Virus record (IMG/VR): IMGVR_UViG_3300022913_000001
Coordinates: 1 to 51,567 of that record
Reading direction: 5' to 3' (one strand)
Source: a virus
Taxonomy: Duplodnaviria; Caudoviricetes
DNA: 51,567 nucleotides
In this document: positions 36,842-45,847 of the stretch, in pieces
Position numbering within the stretch: position 1 is the first letter of the stretch
Layout: every line of letters begins with the position of its first letter
Position numbers and translations under genes: made by a program
The notes under the pieces: model-generated
What the model saw: only the letters and a program-made list of their open reading frames with translations
What the model was told of the DNA's origin: nothing
Database searches by the model: none

Positions 36842-37921
36842 TTATGCAAAATAACCCACTTTAAAAACAAGAGCAATACTTGATAAAACAAATTTTAAAA
36901 AAGAAGAAAACTTTATATTAATTTCATTTTGATATTTTTCTTCTATTAACTCTTTGTTTTGATTTGCAATTTTTATATTTTCACAAGTAGTTCTAGCTTG
37001 ATCAACTTCTCTTTTTTCAAAATCGTTTCTAGGAGCTATGTTGTCTAATATCTCAATAGCTTTGTTATGATTTAATGCTGTTCCTTTACCTTCTGCATGC
37101 ATACGAGCTAAATCAAATTTAGCATCCATCCTGCCTTTCTTTGCTGCTTTTTCATACCAATAAACTGCTGTTTGATAATTTTGCAACAATGTTTCTTTTT
37201 TTTCATAAAATCTAGCTAAATTATATTGAGCTTCTGCATGCCCTTGCTCTGCTGCTTGCGTAAACCAATAAACGGCTTTTTCAAAGTCTTGCTCTACGCC
37301 TTCTTGACCTTCATCATACATTTCACCTAGGTTGGATTGAGCTTGAGCATTCCCTTGATCAGCTGCCTTGGTGTACCACTTAACAGTTTCTTTACTATTT
37401 TGCTTTACACCGTAGCCTATTTTATACATAAAACCTAAACAAGATTGCACCTTTGCATTGCCTCGTTCAGCTGCTTTAATAAGCCATTCAATAGCTTCTT
37501 TGCGGTCTGTTTCTACAAATTTGCCTTCGTAGTACATATTAATTAAATTATTTTGAGCATTTGCATCACCTTGATCAGCTGCTTTAGTCCACCAGCTAAA
37601 TGCTTTTTTAAAGTCTTGCTCTACACCTTCGCCCACATAATATAGCTTACCTAAAACATATTGAGCATTAATATAACCCTGATCGGCTGATTTTTCGTAC
37701 CATTCAACAGCTTTTTGGTAATTTTGATTTACGCCTTCTTTGCCTTTCTCATATATAACGGCTAGATGATATTGAGAGTAAATAAACCCTTGCTCTGCTG
37801 CCTTGGTGTGCCACTCAATAGCTTTTTGGTAATTTTGCTTTACTTCATACATAAAGCCTAAATCAAATTGAGCATTTACATCACCCGCTTCGGTTTTCTC
37901 TTCTAATTCTTTTATATCCAT
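36842..37921 (-). CDS. Sel1-like repeat protein 4 (about 8 SLRs, hydrophobic C-terminus)
   Basis: Repeated A...LG.MY..G.GV.Q...KA..W..KAA.QG; ends FLKFVLSSIALVFKVGYFA. Confidence 0.93.
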   Translation of the reverse strand: MDIKELEEKTEAGDVNAQFDLGFMYEVKQNYQKAIEWHTKAAEQGFIYSQYHLAVIYEKGKEGVNQNYQKAVEWYEKSADQGYINAQYVLGKLYYVGEGVEQDFKKAFSWWTKAADQGDANAQNNLINMYYEGKFVETDRKEAIEWLIKAAERGNAKVQSCLGFMYKIGYGVKQNSKETVKWYTKAADQGNAQAQSNLGEMYDEGQEGVEQDFEKAVYWFTQAAEQGHAEAQYNLARFYEKKETLLQNYQTAVYWYEKAAKKGRMDAKFDLARMHAEGKGTALNHNKAIEILDNIAPRNDFEKREVDQARTTCENIKIANQNKELIEEKYQNEINIKFSSFLKFVLSSIALVFKVGYFA

Positions 37922-37929
37922 AACCTTTC

Positions 37930-38280
37930 CTATTTCTGCAAAATCTTGTAAGTAACCTTATTCTTCGACCCTCTGTAAAAAAACTGACATTCAAGCATAT
38001 CTTTTTCACCTACAATTGGTCTAACGGCAACATGAAACAAAGCAATGGACTTAAAGTGTTGCTCTGGAAAGTTGTAGTAATATTGACGATAAAATTTGTT
38101 TTGATTACCATCCCAAGCAGTTAGATGAATAAATTCACCACGAATCATGCATTTATCGTTTATGCTTTTCATGTTGTTAGCTAGCGTCACCTCGATGACA
38201 CATTCGGACGATACTTTAATTACAATAATACGATCATTAGGTATATCGTATTTAGTGTTGGTTTTAAGTTCAGACATCAT
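37930..38280 (-). CDS. Hypothetical protein
   Basis: 116-aa ORF in the operon. Confidence 0.65.
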   Translation of the reverse strand: MMSELKTNTKYDIPNDRIIVIKVSSECVIEVTLANNMKSINDKCMIRGEFIHLTAWDGNQNKFYRQYYYNFPEQHFKSIALFHVAVRPIVGEKDMLECQFFYRGSKNKVTYKILQK

Positions 38281-38288
38281 GTTGCGTA

Positions 38289-38837
38289 CTACTCTCCAGC
38301 TTTGTATTTACGAATAATATAAAGTGAATCATTGTTTGCAGTTTGTACAACCCATTGTCTTTTTGTGTTTTCAATTGCTGTACTTATTAAACTACAGTTA
38401 ATGTTAGTAGCTAATAAATTAACTACAATATCGTTTTCCTTAGAAAAAGAACATATAATATCTTCTAAAAAAGCAACTGGTTTGTCGTTTAAACCATCAG
38501 ATTCATATGAATAAACACGGGGTACACTAGGTGAAAACGCTTCTGGGTTGTGGTGCTTACTAAACACTAAAACATCTTCAAATTGTCTACCATTTAACCA
38601 AATAGCTCTATAACATAAAGGCAACTCTTTTTCTTGATGTTGAATAAAATCTTTTCCATATTCAGTTTTAGCAATTACAACAGCAGTTCCTCCAGGGCGA
38701 AGTAATTTTAATGATTCTTGCATTATTGGTTGAGCGTAAGGGCGAAAAGTCATTCTAGAATCTGGTGCTACGGTAGTAAATTCTACCGCATTAATTAAAA
38801 CTAAATCTGCTTTGTTTTCGTTTTTTTGTGTTTTCAT
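38289..38837 (-). CDS. Degenerate N6/N4 DNA methyltransferase-like protein
   Basis: LKLLRPGG, E.VLVFSK and KPVAFLE.II..FS.END.V resemble beta-class MTases, but DPPY and F.GSG are missing. Confidence 0.6.
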   Translation of the reverse strand: MKTQKNENKADLVLINAVEFTTVAPDSRMTFRPYAQPIMQESLKLLRPGGTAVVIAKTEYGKDFIQHQEKELPLCYRAIWLNGRQFEDVLVFSKHHNPEAFSPSVPRVYSYESDGLNDKPVAFLEDIICSFSKENDIVVNLLATNINCSLISTAIENTKRQWVVQTANNDSLYIIRKYKAGE

Positions 38838-38857
38838 AATATTCCTTTTGTTGTTTA

Positions 38858-38899
38858 AGTTATTATAATTAATTATAATAACTTTATTTATTAATGCAA
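38858..38899 (-). promoter_or_regulatory. Repeated early promoter cassette (26-bp palindrome at 38858-38883)
   Basis: AGTTATTATAATTAATTATAATAACT plus a TTGCAT -35 box on the - strand. Confidence 0.8.
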
Positions 38900-38912
38900 A
38901 TATCTATTTAAA

Positions 38913-39257
38913 TCAATCATCCGATCCAGAACTGCTTGAACTGCTTGAGCTGCTTGAGCTGCTTGAGCTGCTTGAACTGCCCGAATCCCCTACGCTAGTA
39001 GGTAAATACAAAGGGCTATACGGATTATAAGGGCTATACCAATCACAATCACTACTGCTGTTATGATCACAGCCACGAGAACGAGTTGTAGAAGCAGTAG
39101 CCTTTCCTTTAGAGGTCGGCTGAAGCTTTTCTTCTTCTTTTTCCTCTTCCTCTTCCACTGGATCGCATTCATTAGGCAACACAGCCCAACCAATCCAAAA
39201 CAACACAATTGCTGCATAAATTAAAATTATTACAAAAGTTATTCCTGTTTCTGTCAT
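38913..39257 (-). CDS. Membrane-anchored low-complexity protein (poly-E, poly-S; 9-bp tandem repeat at 38932-38976)
   Basis: N-terminal TM helix; CTGCTTGAR x5. Confidence 0.7.
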   Translation of the reverse strand: MTETGITFVIILIYAAIVLFWIGWAVLPNECDPVEEEEEKEEEKLQPTSKGKATASTTRSRGCDHNSSSDCDWYSPYNPYSPLYLPTSVGDSGSSSSSSSSSSSSSSSSSGSDD

Positions 39258-39270
39258 TTTTTATTTTCTC

Positions 39271-39699
39271 CTATATAAATTTACGAATAAGCCATACTAA
39301 CCATCGAGCATCAAAAGCTTTCTTTTTAGTGATGATTGTTAAAGGGTTGATGAGCGGACGATGAATGGAAAATCTCACATAAACATAGCCGTTTTTTTTA
39401 AAAGCATTGATAGATTTATCGACTAACCAGTATTGTCGAGACTCATCTAGTTCTGGTAAAATATTTTCAATACAATGCTTAGAATCCTTTAAGCCTAAAC
39501 CAACAAAATCGTTTTCTTTAAATTTCACATATCCAGATTTGTTGTAAATCTCTTTTTCTTTAAATGAAATTATTGAGTGAGTGTCTTCATCATAACCGTA
39601 GGTTAAGCCAAGAACATGCTCATGCCTTAAACAGATCACAATCGGTGTTGTAACCAACAATGCAATCCATAGTGGAATGGTCAGAATTAGTGCTTCCAT
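39271..39699 (-). CDS. Hypothetical protein with N-terminal TM helix
   Basis: Hydrophobic first 25 aa; directly downstream of the Panacea gene. Confidence 0.7.
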   Translation of the reverse strand: MEALILTIPLWIALLVTTPIVICLRHEHVLGLTYGYDEDTHSIISFKEKEIYNKSGYVKFKENDFVGLGLKDSKHCIENILPELDESRQYWLVDKSINAFKKNGYVYVRFSIHRPLINPLTIITKKKAFDARWLVWLIRKFI

Positions 39700-39712
39700 T
39701 ATTATTCCTGTT

Positions 39713-40198
39713 TTATAATGATTGATAATAGTTTTTAACTACATCATGTTGTATAGCTGTTGATTTAAATTGATTAAACCAAGGAACTTCTTTTTCATGT
39801 GTTATAGAAACTAAAACAGACGCTTTTAAGCGTCCATATTCTTGCCAGCACTTGTTTAAAACATCCAGTATCTCTTTATCTTTATTTTTGTATTCTGGCT
39901 CTATTTTGCCTTCATTAGCTGTATCTGAATCATAAAAATAAGATAATGAATCTATAGAGTCATAACCATAGCTTTTAAAAGAGTGGTATGTTTCTAAATG
40001 AACAGGTCCATACTTCCAAGCATGGAAGTTACTGTTGGCACCTATTAAGTTTTTTTCTAGTATAGCTAAAGTCCATCCGTAGCCAATAAACATTAGTTTT
40101 TGTAATTTAAAATTAGTAATAGCCAATCCCTCTAATTGGCTATTTTTAATAAAAAAGTTTGATAGCTTGTAATGCTCTTGAGAGCCAAGAATATCCAT
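39713..40198 (-). CDS. Panacea (DUF4065/SocA/GepA) antitoxin-domain protein
   Basis: ITNFKLQKL.F..YGW.LA, F.AW.YGPV...Y..FK.YG and L...TH....PW motifs. Confidence 0.88.
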   Translation of the reverse strand: MDILGSQEHYKLSNFFIKNSQLEGLAITNFKLQKLMFIGYGWTLAILEKNLIGANSNFHAWKYGPVHLETYHSFKSYGYDSIDSLSYFYDSDTANEGKIEPEYKNKDKEILDVLNKCWQEYGRLKASVLVSITHEKEVPWFNQFKSTAIQHDVVKNYYQSL

Positions 40199-40836
40199 TA
40201 AATCCTCAAGTTTGCATTGTTGTAATCAGATGGAGCCATGCTAGATAAATCAATTAACTCTCGTTTTCTATAATACAAGCTATTGTTTGTTAAGTTTTGA
40301 ATTAAATGCGTATTTTTTTGCGTTTTGGTTATTACAATCCTTTCAGATTTACTTAAAAAAACAGTTAATGCCCAACCTACTTTTAATTTGCGAAAAGTTT
40401 TTGATTTACTATGATAAATGCAAGAATCATGAATAATCAGATCGTCACGATATAGAAAAAAAGAAAATGTATCATGAACAACATGAGGTAGTTCAAGAGG
40501 TAAGTGGTTATAATGAAGCATAGAATATTTTCCTGGAGTGCGGTTATCATTTGAATTTCGAAAAAATGCATTATCAACAACATACATTATGGCTACAATT
40601 AGGAATGCAAATACAGCTGATAAAAGCCAATCTGTGATTGTAATCTGGTGATTGCTTGTCATTGCATCACTTTCTTCTTTAAGCTGCTCTTCCTCTTCTT
40701 TATTAGCTTTTGATGATTTGTTTAATGTCTTATAGACGCTAGTAGCAACAAGAGCTTTTCCGGGGCTAATTCCCATAGTATGCAGACTGTATGCATTGCA
40801 AGAAATAATTGACAAAATTAAAAAAAATTTATTCAT
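40198..40836 (-). CDS. Putative membrane protein (signal peptide plus TM)
   Basis: MNKFFLILSIISCNAYS; WLLSAVFAFLIVAIMYVV. Confidence 0.7.
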   Translation of the reverse strand: MNKFFLILSIISCNAYSLHTMGISPGKALVATSVYKTLNKSSKANKEEEEQLKEESDAMTSNHQITITDWLLSAVFAFLIVAIMYVVDNAFFRNSNDNRTPGKYSMLHYNHLPLELPHVVHDTFSFFLYRDDLIIHDSCIYHSKSKTFRKLKVGWALTVFLSKSERIVITKTQKNTHLIQNLTNNSLYYRKRELIDLSSMAPSDYNNANLRI

Positions 40837-40883
40837 TATTATTATTCCTGCAATCTTTCCTTTGTTATTTAAAATAATTAAGT

Positions 40884-40963
40884 TGTTAAAATTAATTATA
40901 ACAGGTTTTAAGATGATTGCAAGTATTAAGTAAAAAAACCCTGCCGAAGCAGGGGTTGTTGTT
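40884..40963 (-). promoter_or_regulatory. Terminator plus promoter cassette
   Basis: CCCTGC-CGAA-GCAGGG hairpin with an A-run, then TTGCAA-16-TATAAT in the palindrome; near-identical to 43467-43548. Confidence 0.85.
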
Positions 40964-42492
40964 TAATCTAGTTCTAGCGTAATGCCGTCAATTTTTACAT
41001 TATCCAAAAACAGCTTGCATATAACCCAAGAGGCTGCCTTTGCTTTTACTTCATCACAGCCGTTTAGTTTAGCCACCAGCTGGTTTGTAATTGACTTATA
41101 CAGCTTGTTAGCGCTTTCTTTAGATAAGCCAGCTACTTTTTCCGCTTTAGCTTTTTCAATTGCTTCTCTTTCCGCTTTAGTTTTTTCAGCTGATTCAATC
41201 TTAGCTTGAGTTAATTGGCTGTTTAGATGACTTAATCTGTTTTTAACTTGATCAGTAATAATTAAAAGATCATCTTTGTGGTTATGGATAGACTCAATAG
41301 CCTGATTAACATTATCAACAGTTAAAATAGGAACATAAGATAAGCGTTCTAGCAACTCTATAGCTGCTTGTCGTTTCTTTTCTTCTGAGAACTGCTTGCC
41401 TTGATTAAGTATTAAAGAGTAATGCTCCTCTAAAACTTTTAAAGCTTTAGCAATCTCTGACTGAATAGTAATATCGCTATCGCCATATTCACTTGGTTGA
41501 ACCGAAAGCAAGAACTCCTTCTGCTTTTTCATCTCTTGCAACAATTCTCTTGCATGGTCTATGCTGTGGGCTGATTGCAAGTTACTACTAATGTTTTTTA
41601 TTTTATCCAATAAATCCACAACTGCTTGGGATGCAGTGTTTTTTTGCTCTGCTAAAGATGCTTGCTCTATCAAGCTGTTAATTTTGCTTAAGCCGTACTC
41701 TTTAGCTTCTTTAGCTGATTCAAGCAAAAACCCAAACTCATCTTGATTAACAAGTTTAGCTTCTAGCTGTTTTTTTAGCTGTTGAAGATTGCTACAGCTC
41801 ATGTTGTCAAGAAGCTTGCCACCCTCACTAAATGGCTTGCTATAAGCTCTAATTTCCGCAATTTTTTCTTCAAAAACTTTGCGGTTAGCTTCTGATATCT
41901 CAAGCTCTCTGGTTTTCTTAAACTCATCTAACCAATCCAAAACAACAATCTTTTTTTGCCTTAAATCAGATGCAAGATACTCATCATCTGCTATCTCTAA
42001 TGCAACTAGTTTGTCTCTTAATTTATCTATAATAGATAGAGACAAGGTTGGAGCAATTACCCCGCCATCTTCTATATTGGTTCGAAACTTTTCTATTTCA
42101 GCAAGCTTCTCTTCATGTGCTGCAACTCTAGCTTCTTCGGCTGCTTTCCATTCAGCAACAGGAGCTTTAATTGATGCTGATATAGCGTCAACATCTGTAA
42201 CAAATTGCTTAAGAGCTGCTTTATAAGCTTTAACATCAACTTCCATCTCTGCAATTTTTTCTTTTAAAGCTTTTTGTATTGCTACTTTGCTAGAACCAAC
42301 TTTTTTCGCTAATGAGTTTCTAGCTTTTCTAGTGGATTCTTGGTTTATATCCATTGCATCTAGTTTAGTTATTTCAGGAGCAACCGCTTCTTGTAGCGCA
42401 ACCATGACTGATTGCAGTCCGTTTTGAACCACTGTAACGCTAGTGGTTTCAATCGTTTCTAATACAATTAGATCTTTTTTTGTTTCGCTCAT
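40963..42492 (-). CDS. Long coiled-coil early protein
   Basis: Probable start MSETKK at 42492 after AAAGGA; RK.R.SLA.KV..SK motif as seen in phage recombination-region proteins. Confidence 0.75.
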   Translation of the reverse strand: MSETKKDLIVLETIETTSVTVVQNGLQSVMVALQEAVAPEITKLDAMDINQESTRKARNSLAKKVGSSKVAIQKALKEKIAEMEVDVKAYKAALKQFVTDVDAISASIKAPVAEWKAAEEARVAAHEEKLAEIEKFRTNIEDGGVIAPTLSLSIIDKLRDKLVALEIADDEYLASDLRQKKIVVLDWLDEFKKTRELEISEANRKVFEEKIAEIRAYSKPFSEGGKLLDNMSCSNLQQLKKQLEAKLVNQDEFGFLLESAKEAKEYGLSKINSLIEQASLAEQKNTASQAVVDLLDKIKNISSNLQSAHSIDHARELLQEMKKQKEFLLSVQPSEYGDSDITIQSEIAKALKVLEEHYSLILNQGKQFSEEKKRQAAIELLERLSYVPILTVDNVNQAIESIHNHKDDLLIITDQVKNRLSHLNSQLTQAKIESAEKTKAEREAIEKAKAEKVAGLSKESANKLYKSITNQLVAKLNGCDEVKAKAASWVICKLFLDNVKIDGITLELD

Positions 42493-42521
42493 AATAATAT
42501 TTCCTTTGTTGTGTATGAACT

Positions 42522-42603
42522 TGTTAAAATTAATTATAACAGGTTTTAAAATGATTACAAATTTTAATGCAAAAAAAAAACCCCACATGAAGCGGGGCTT
42601 GTT
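42522..42603 (-). promoter_or_regulatory. Terminator plus promoter cassette
   Basis: CCCC...GGGG hairpin with A10; TGTTAAAATTAATTATAACA. Confidence 0.8.
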
Positions 42604-42616
42604 AGGTTGGGGTTAA

Positions 42617-43438
42617 TTAAAACGGTTCTTCGTCAAGATCATCTTCATAATCAACGCTTTCGGCTTTGTTGCTTTGTTTTACTTTTGCATTAATAATTTT
42701 ATTTTGATTAACTGGAGGAGGAGTGTTAACTGGAGGCGGGTTGTTAACTTGATTTTGCTCTGGCTCAAAATAATCTTCATCTTCATCAGGAACATCAAGA
42801 CCTTCAAGAGGAATGTTTTTAAAAAGCTTTTTGATAGCAGTTTTTTCCCACATTTGTTCTTCCCAAGTTTTCCAAGGGCTGTTGCTACTGTTACCGCTTC
42901 GACTAGTATTCTTGCATTTAATAATATAACTTTTAGGGCAAATAGCGTAAATAGTTACGGTTTTGTTGCCTCTAATTATTTCAGCTAAAGCATATGCTAG
43001 TTTCATCTCACCACGCTGAAATTCATCTAAATTGTAATCAATTTTATGAGTTAATTCGTTAGTTACTGGATTGTAATCAAACTTATCTTTTTCACGAACA
43101 ACAAAAGCCTGAATGCGTGAAATGTTAGGGTTGCGGTATGCTAAAGTAATCAACCCTTGAGCCATGATAACTAAAGAAGCTCTGCCAGCAAATGGAACTA
43201 ATGCTGCTTGCTTTCCGTCAACTGGAATATTTAAAGCAAGAGCGTCTTTGCAGGTTGCAATTAATGACATTGGATCAACATTATTTTTTAAACTAGGGTT
43301 TTTTATTAACGCAGAGCTTAAACTAGCCACTGCCTTTTTCATTTTTGTTGCATCGTTTTCAAAAAACGACAACAAACCGCTTTCTGTTGCAGCTGTTGTT
43401 AACGCATTTTTAGTATTCCAAGTGATTTGTGTTCCCAT
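42617..43438 (-). CDS. recT: RecT-family single-strand annealing protein
   Basis: A.LVPF......I...GLI.LA.R, VV.E.D.F and SPW....E.M..KT.IK motifs; acidic EEPF tail. Confidence 0.9.
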   Translation of the reverse strand: MGTQITWNTKNALTTAATESGLLSFFENDATKMKKAVASLSSALIKNPSLKNNVDPMSLIATCKDALALNIPVDGKQAALVPFAGRASLVIMAQGLITLAYRNPNISRIQAFVVREKDKFDYNPVTNELTHKIDYNLDEFQRGEMKLAYALAEIIRGNKTVTIYAICPKSYIIKCKNTSRSGNSSNSPWKTWEEQMWEKTAIKKLFKNIPLEGLDVPDEDEDYFEPEQNQVNNPPPVNTPPPVNQNKIINAKVKQSNKAESVDYEDDLDEEPF

Positions 43439-43466
43439 AATTTTTCCTTATTTGATTTGGGTTAAC

Positions 43467-43548
43467 TGTTAAAATTAATTATAACAAGTTTATTTATTAA
43501 TGCAAATATTAAGTAAAAAAAAACCCTGCCGAAGCAGGGTTTGTTGTT
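43467..43548 (-). promoter_or_regulatory. Terminator plus promoter cassette
   Basis: AAACCCTGCCGAAGCAGGGTTT hairpin; palindromic motif at 43467-43486. Confidence 0.85.
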
Positions 43549-44615
43549 TAGTCTATTTCAACTTCTTCTAATGCTCGGTCGCATTCCACTATGTATTGCC
43601 AGAGCGTTTTGTTATGAAGTGTGTCAAAGGTAAATGCAAATTCCATTTTCTTATCTGTACCTACATAATCACAAGCTCTCTTTAGCAAATCAATAAAAGG
43701 GTTTTCTTCGGAACAAGAAGAACAATCAGATCGTGTTGTGGATTTTAAATAATTCTCTATATCAGATACAGAATCAAATTTTGAAACAATCTCGTCCTGA
43801 ATATAATTAAAAACAAAATTGTGAAACTCGGTTAGATCGTGTTCAAATAAGTATTTAACATTAATTGGTTTTAGCTTGACCTCAACAATTTTTAAGTCTT
43901 CTTTTTCCTTAACTGGAGTTTCTTCTTTAACAACAACTGGGGTTTCAACAACAACTGGAGTTTCTTCTTCTTCCTTAAACTCTATATTAGCAGCCCACAA
44001 CGCATCGCTTACCTTTTCTAAAACTTCTCTTTGATTATCGTAATTATTGTCAAACTCACGCAGGTAATCCTCTATTTTGCCTTGAGATCTGGCAAGGTCT
44101 TCTGCTGCATTTAGCTCATTACCGCCGTCACACAGACTGTCTTCTCCGACCATTTTATAAACAAAAGTTCCAACATCAACGCATACTTTGGCTTTGATAT
44201 GATTATTAATATGATAACTGTCAATTGAATTAATAATACGCGGATGGTAATTATTAACACCAAACGGCTGTTTGTAGTTTTCAGGATCTACAATAGAGCC
44301 AACATATTGCAGAATTTTTTCAATTGTGTCGTTATAACTCCAAAAATCTTCATTGTTTACAGCAGCTTGAGTTAGAAAAGTGGCTTTATGATTTATATCA
44401 CCATTTAACGCAGTAGAGATGTTTAGAAGATAATGCATAATGGCTTGGGTGTATGACTCATAGTCTTCATGGTAATCATTAAAACGAAACCTTTCTAAAA
44501 TCTCATCAGAGATCTCAATATCTTCTAATTTGTCATCAATTTCAATATCAGTTTTAAATTCAGTTTTAAAGTAATCTTGCAGCAATGCAAACTCGTTGTT
44601 TATATTAAATTTCAT
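43548..44615 (-). CDS. Acidic hypothetical early protein
   Basis: 355 aa, D/E-rich, ETPVVV repeats; own promoter and RBS. Confidence 0.75.
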   Translation of the reverse strand: MKFNINNEFALLQDYFKTEFKTDIEIDDKLEDIEISDEILERFRFNDYHEDYESYTQAIMHYLLNISTALNGDINHKATFLTQAAVNNEDFWSYNDTIEKILQYVGSIVDPENYKQPFGVNNYHPRIINSIDSYHINNHIKAKVCVDVGTFVYKMVGEDSLCDGGNELNAAEDLARSQGKIEDYLREFDNNYDNQREVLEKVSDALWAANIEFKEEEETPVVVETPVVVKEETPVKEKEDLKIVEVKLKPINVKYLFEHDLTEFHNFVFNYIQDEIVSKFDSVSDIENYLKSTTRSDCSSCSEENPFIDLLKRACDYVGTDKKMEFAFTFDTLHNKTLWQYIVECDRALEEVEID

Positions 44616-44644
44616 AATTTTTCCTTATTTAATTTTGTTTAAAC

Positions 44645-44683
44645 TGTTAAAATTAATTATAACAGGTTTTAAGATGATTGCAA
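44645..44683 (-). promoter_or_regulatory. Promoter cassette overlapping the 3' end of Sel1 gene 5
   Basis: TGTTAAAATTAATTATAACAGGTTTTAAGATGATTGCAA, identical to 40884-40922. Confidence 0.85.
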
Positions 44684-44971
44684 ATTTTCTTTTAAGATTT
44701 TTTGAGCATGTACATCACCCTGCTCGGCTGCTTTAGTGTACCATTCAATGGCTTTTTTGTTATCTTGCTTTACTCCTTGACCTTTTTCGTACATTTCACC
44801 TAGATTAAATTGAGCATCTACATTTCCTTGATTAGCTGATTTAGTAAACCATTTAACAGCTTTTTCATAACTTTGCTCTACGCCTTCTCCTATATCATAC
44901 ATAGTACCTAAATTAACTTGAGCCTCCGCACCCCCTGCTTCGGCTTGTTTTTTTAATTTCTCTATGTTCAT
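44669..44971 (-). CDS. Sel1-like repeat protein 5 (2 SLRs)
   Basis: AQVNLGTMYDIGEGVEQSYEKAVKWFTKSANQG. Confidence 0.92.
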   Translation of the reverse strand: MNIEKLKKQAEAGGAEAQVNLGTMYDIGEGVEQSYEKAVKWFTKSANQGNVDAQFNLGEMYEKGQGVKQDNKKAIEWYTKAAEQGDVHAQKILKENLQSS

Positions 44972-44988
44972 AATTATTCTCCTTTTAT

Positions 44989-45777
44989 TTATAACTCTAT
45001 TAGTTCATCTGGATAATCGGTAAATATACCAGTGTTGCAAGCGTCTGCATAAATGCTCTTGGCTTTATTCCAAAGCTCCACGCCTTCTTGCAATAAACTG
45101 TTTGATATACGGCAACAGCGAATGCCGTGATGTTCTGCACCATTAACAACATGATAATCGGTCTCTACAAATATCAAAACATAACTAGCAGTTTTGCCAG
45201 TGTTAATTCTAACTGATTCGAGGTACGCTGCAGCTTGCATGTGATAATTAGAATCTATAATGTATTTTCTTAAATTTCCTTGTAATTGATATGTACCAAT
45301 TGTTTTTAGATCCACAATAGAACAACCATCACCCCAATCTCTATAAGCATCAAGCTTGCATTTGATATCAATGCCATAATCTGGGCAAGTGTGAGTACTT
45401 GTTATTTCAGTTGTTGTTCCTGCTAACCATTGAGATGCAGTGTTATGGTTACGGATGCATTTAACCATCTGCGTAGCGGTGTCAAAAGCGTCTTTACTTA
45501 CTCTTATTTTACCTAGGCTTGCAATGTGTTCGTTTCGTGATTTTCCTTTGTAATTCTCAACCATATATTTGCCGTCAATAGCTTCTGGCGTTAATAGTAA
45601 TTCATGGACTAGCGTACCCAAGTTAAATTTTTCTCTTGGATCTGGTTTCTTCATAATAGCTGCAATTGAACCTCTATTGATGATTCTGGATGCTTTACTA
45701 TAAGACAAAGCCCCATTATTATTATTAGAATTTTTTAGTAATTTTATAAACTCTAAGTCACTGATTTTTTTTAGCAT
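44989..45777 (-). CDS. RecE/exonuclease VIII-like PD-(D/E)XK exonuclease (DUF3799)
   Basis: LS.S, GT.VH..LL.P, KC..D, IVDLKT and Y..QAA.Y motifs. Confidence 0.88.
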   Translation of the reverse strand: MLKKISDLEFIKLLKNSNNNNGALSYSKASRIINRGSIAAIMKKPDPREKFNLGTLVHELLLTPEAIDGKYMVENYKGKSRNEHIASLGKIRVSKDAFDTATQMVKCIRNHNTASQWLAGTTTEITSTHTCPDYGIDIKCKLDAYRDWGDGCSIVDLKTIGTYQLQGNLRKYIIDSNYHMQAAAYLESVRINTGKTASYVLIFVETDYHVVNGAEHHGIRCCRISNSLLQEGVELWNKAKSIYADACNTGIFTDYPDELIEL

Positions 45778-45800
45778 TTATTTGATTATTTGTTAATTTA

Positions 45801-45820
45801 TGTTATAATTAATTATAACA
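45801..45820. promoter_or_regulatory. Perfect palindrome at the divergence point between the early and replication operons
   Basis: TGTTATAATTAATTATAACA in the 70-bp gap between divergent genes. Confidence 0.85.
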
Positions 45821-45847
45821 GGTTTTATAAAAAACAACAGGATTATT

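Noticed and set aside
40963-42588. 541-aa version of the coiled-coil ORF
   Set aside because: The extra N-terminus crosses the terminator/promoter cassette; the RBS supports ATG at 42492.
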